Under the pieces are notes generated by a model. It had not been told where the DNA came from. It saw nothing but the letters and a program-made list of their open reading frames with translations, and made no database searches. Both the position numbers and the translations under genes were made by a program. A stretch of 64,000 nt of DNA, taken from the NCBI GenBank assembly GCA_963808235.1, contig CAWEEQ010000004.1, forward strand, positions 480,001-544,000, given 5' to 3'. This DNA is from an uncultured delta proteobacterium. Lineage in GTDB: Bacteria > Desulfobacterota > Binatia > Binatales > Binataceae. Positions 61,961-64,000 of this stretch are shown here, piece after piece (position 1 is the stretch's first letter; each line of letters starts with the position of its first letter).

Positions 61961-62619
61961 GTGCCAACCTCGAGAAAGAATACGGTCCGGTTGCGACGCG
62001 GATGCTTTTCGACAATGACGCCGTGCGAGTGTGGGAGATGGATCTCGCGCCGGGCGGAGTCTGCGGACTGCATCATCATACGATGGACTACGTGCTGTTC
62101 ATCCTGTCGGGCGCGAACGTTGGCGCGCAGTCTCCCGGCGGGCGCAAGATGATGCCGTTTCCGGTCAAGGCGCGCGCGACATATTTTCTTCCGGCGGGCG
62201 GAATTGAAGCGGCGCACAACATGGGTGATACGCGATTCTTCGAGGCGCTGTTCGAGCTCAAGCGGGCGGCGAAATCAGGACGCGAAAAGCTGGGCTTCGT
62301 CGGATGCGAAGCGGTCGCGGGGAAGGAGCCGGAGCCGGGCTCGATCACAATCCTCGACAACGCGCGGGTCAGGGTGTCGGAAACCACGCTCGCGCCCGGT
62401 GGGCATAGCGAGGTGCGGCGATGGTTGCATGACACCGCCGTTTACGTCGCGGAGGGCGGACCGGTGAAGCTCGTGGAGCGCGGTGTCGGTAACCTGGAGA
62501 ACACCCGCGAGGAAGTTTTTCCCGACGGCCGAGTGCTATGGTTCGAGAAAGGGTCACATCGTGGGATCATCAACACCGGGGGAGGACGCTTCCGCCAGGT
62601 AAACGTCGAGTTAAAGTGA
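61957..62619 (+). CDS. Bicupin (two cupin domains)
   Basis: FDNDAVRVWEMDLAPG..LHHHTMDYV..H and a second LDNARVRVSETTLAPG..H...N..ELK repeat. Confidence 0.82.
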   Translation: MSANLEKEYGPVATRMLFDNDAVRVWEMDLAPGGVCGLHHHTMDYVLFILSGANVGAQSPGGRKMMPFPVKARATYFLPAGGIEAAHNMGDTRFFEALFELKRAAKSGREKLGFVGCEAVAGKEPEPGSITILDNARVRVSETTLAPGGHSEVRRWLHDTAVYVAEGGPVKLVERGVGNLENTREEVFPDGRVLWFEKGSHRGIINTGGGRFRQVNVELK

Positions 62620-62629
62620 TACACTAAGA

Positions 62630-63931
62630 ATGGAAAAACCGCTCCGTCCGGCTAAAGCATTTGTACGGCTTCTTTCCGCACTCTCGATCGCCATGATCTT
62701 TGCCGCGACGCCGATCGCGCACGCCCAGGTCAAGCCCGGCGACGTTATCACCGCCAAGAACGCCGAGCAGGTGCGATCGCTGGTCAGCCCAGGCACCTAC
62801 GCCGCGGTCGCCAAGGGCATGCAGATGAACATCGTCGCCTCGGGGCGCATCGATTGGCCGCCGCCATACCAGAACGCGACCGAGAAATATTCGAGCCAGG
62901 TGCGTCTCGCGCCCAACCATCGTGACGTTCTCGGCTACGTCGCGGGACAGCCGTTTCCGTTGCTCGATCCAAACGACCCCAACGTCGCGACCAAGATCAT
63001 GTGGAATCAATACTTCAAGCCGATCGCGACTGACGACTTCGATCTGCGCTATTTCGAATGCCAGGTTGCGACGCAAAATCCGGGCGCCGCGCAAAATCTT
63101 TTGAAGATGACCGAGACCGGACACCTGGCCGGATACTTCGATATCGGACGCACCGAAGTGGATCCGATGCCGGCCGATCCGGATTTCAAAGTAAGCGGAG
63201 TGTGGTGGCGCGCAGCGGCGTATCCAACGCTGGCGCCGGCGGACGATCGCGGCAGCGGCGGAATCCGCTATCGCTATTGGGATCCTGATCACGCCGACGA
63301 CGCGTGGGCATTTCTGGCCGGTACCCGGCGCGTGCGACGCGTGAACGAAGTTATTTTGAGCGCGTCGCCGGGACTATCGACATGGGATCCGGATCACGCG
63401 GGCGGCTTTGCCGCGAAGCCGCAGGAATATCAGTTCAAGTTCCTGGGTGAGCGCAATATGCTCGGATGCGTGCACGCGCGGAATTCGCCCGCGCATCCGT
63501 GCACCAGCGACGGGGGCGCAACTTCATGCAACGACGACTGGGAGATGCGCCATCTCTACGTGGTGGAAGTCACGCCGCGTCCGGAGCGAATCGCGGGCGT
63601 CCTGCAGTCGAAGACGGTCGTCTATATCGACGGCGAGGGATGGTTCAATCCTTACGTCGACAGTTACGATCGCAAGGGCGAATTGTGGACGACGCAGATC
63701 TACCTTGGTACCTATCGCGACCGGCCGGTGCCCGACGCGAAGATCGCGATCTATCCGTTCAAGCGTGAATTCGGCACCGCCGCCTCGAGCCTCGACGTGC
63801 AGAGCGGAGTCTCAACCACCTGCTATCTGCCCGGACCGGACACCGAAGAGCGCGAGTGCTGGTACATCAACATGGGCGCGGTGGGCCGCGATTTCTTCAC
63901 CACTGAGGCGTTGGTAAAGGCCGGGCACTAA
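62630..63931 (+). CDS. DUF1329 family exported protein
   Basis: Signal peptide ending AHA; VKPGDVIT..N, YVAGQPFP, KIMWN, DDAWAF..RRVRR, WEMR..YVVE, YDRKGELW. Confidence 0.85.
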   Translation: MEKPLRPAKAFVRLLSALSIAMIFAATPIAHAQVKPGDVITAKNAEQVRSLVSPGTYAAVAKGMQMNIVASGRIDWPPPYQNATEKYSSQVRLAPNHRDVLGYVAGQPFPLLDPNDPNVATKIMWNQYFKPIATDDFDLRYFECQVATQNPGAAQNLLKMTETGHLAGYFDIGRTEVDPMPADPDFKVSGVWWRAAAYPTLAPADDRGSGGIRYRYWDPDHADDAWAFLAGTRRVRRVNEVILSASPGLSTWDPDHAGGFAAKPQEYQFKFLGERNMLGCVHARNSPAHPCTSDGGATSCNDDWEMRHLYVVEVTPRPERIAGVLQSKTVVYIDGEGWFNPYVDSYDRKGELWTTQIYLGTYRDRPVPDAKIAIYPFKREFGTAASSLDVQSGVSTTCYLPGPDTEERECWYINMGAVGRDFFTTEALVKAGH

Positions 63932-64000
63932 TTTTTTCAGTTGACGTGCATCACGGCGAGCGCATCTGGGTCGGCCCGATCAGCTTGCTGTAGCCCCCGA

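Overview
GC-rich bacterial chromosomal segment. The gene repertoire (hpnIJ, zinc-ribbon/class III cyclase-ATPase-TPR protein, DUF1329, His/Trp-rich lipoprotein) suggests Candidatus Binatota or a related deltaproteobacteria-like lineage; this is inference only. Core blocks: rimP-nusA-ylxR-infB-DUF503-rbfA, then an oppositely oriented truB block, then rpsO-pnp-M16 peptidase, followed by dut-purB-purC-purS-purQ-purL-purF with DnaA boxes and a parS site in the pur intergenic spacers. Accessory blocks: hopanoid/lipid-modification genes (0.9-11.2 kb), a USP/Hsp20/Lon-like/pncB stress block (14.5-19.5 kb) and, most notably, 50.9-63.9 kb. There, DsbA, a ZAS anti-sigma and an ECF sigma lie divergent from a tightly packed ~10.3 kb run: a Cys-rich secreted bufferin-like (BufA2-type) precursor, DUF692/MNIO, DUF2063 partner, a tandem-GNAT protein, a CopD-like and a second membrane protein, a Tat-exported PaoABC/YagTSR-type molybdoenzyme, a 70-aa Cys-rich protein, a bicupin and DUF1329. 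Other observations: a REP-like palindrome present both intergenically and in frame inside purL, a degenerate duplication of the rbfA 3' end bracketing a mini-insert, and two single-base frameshifts in short homopolymers (DUF692, carotenoid oxygenase) that may be assembly errors. No tRNA, rRNA, CRISPR array, integrase or transposase was seen. All family calls come from motif recognition by eye, not from database searches.
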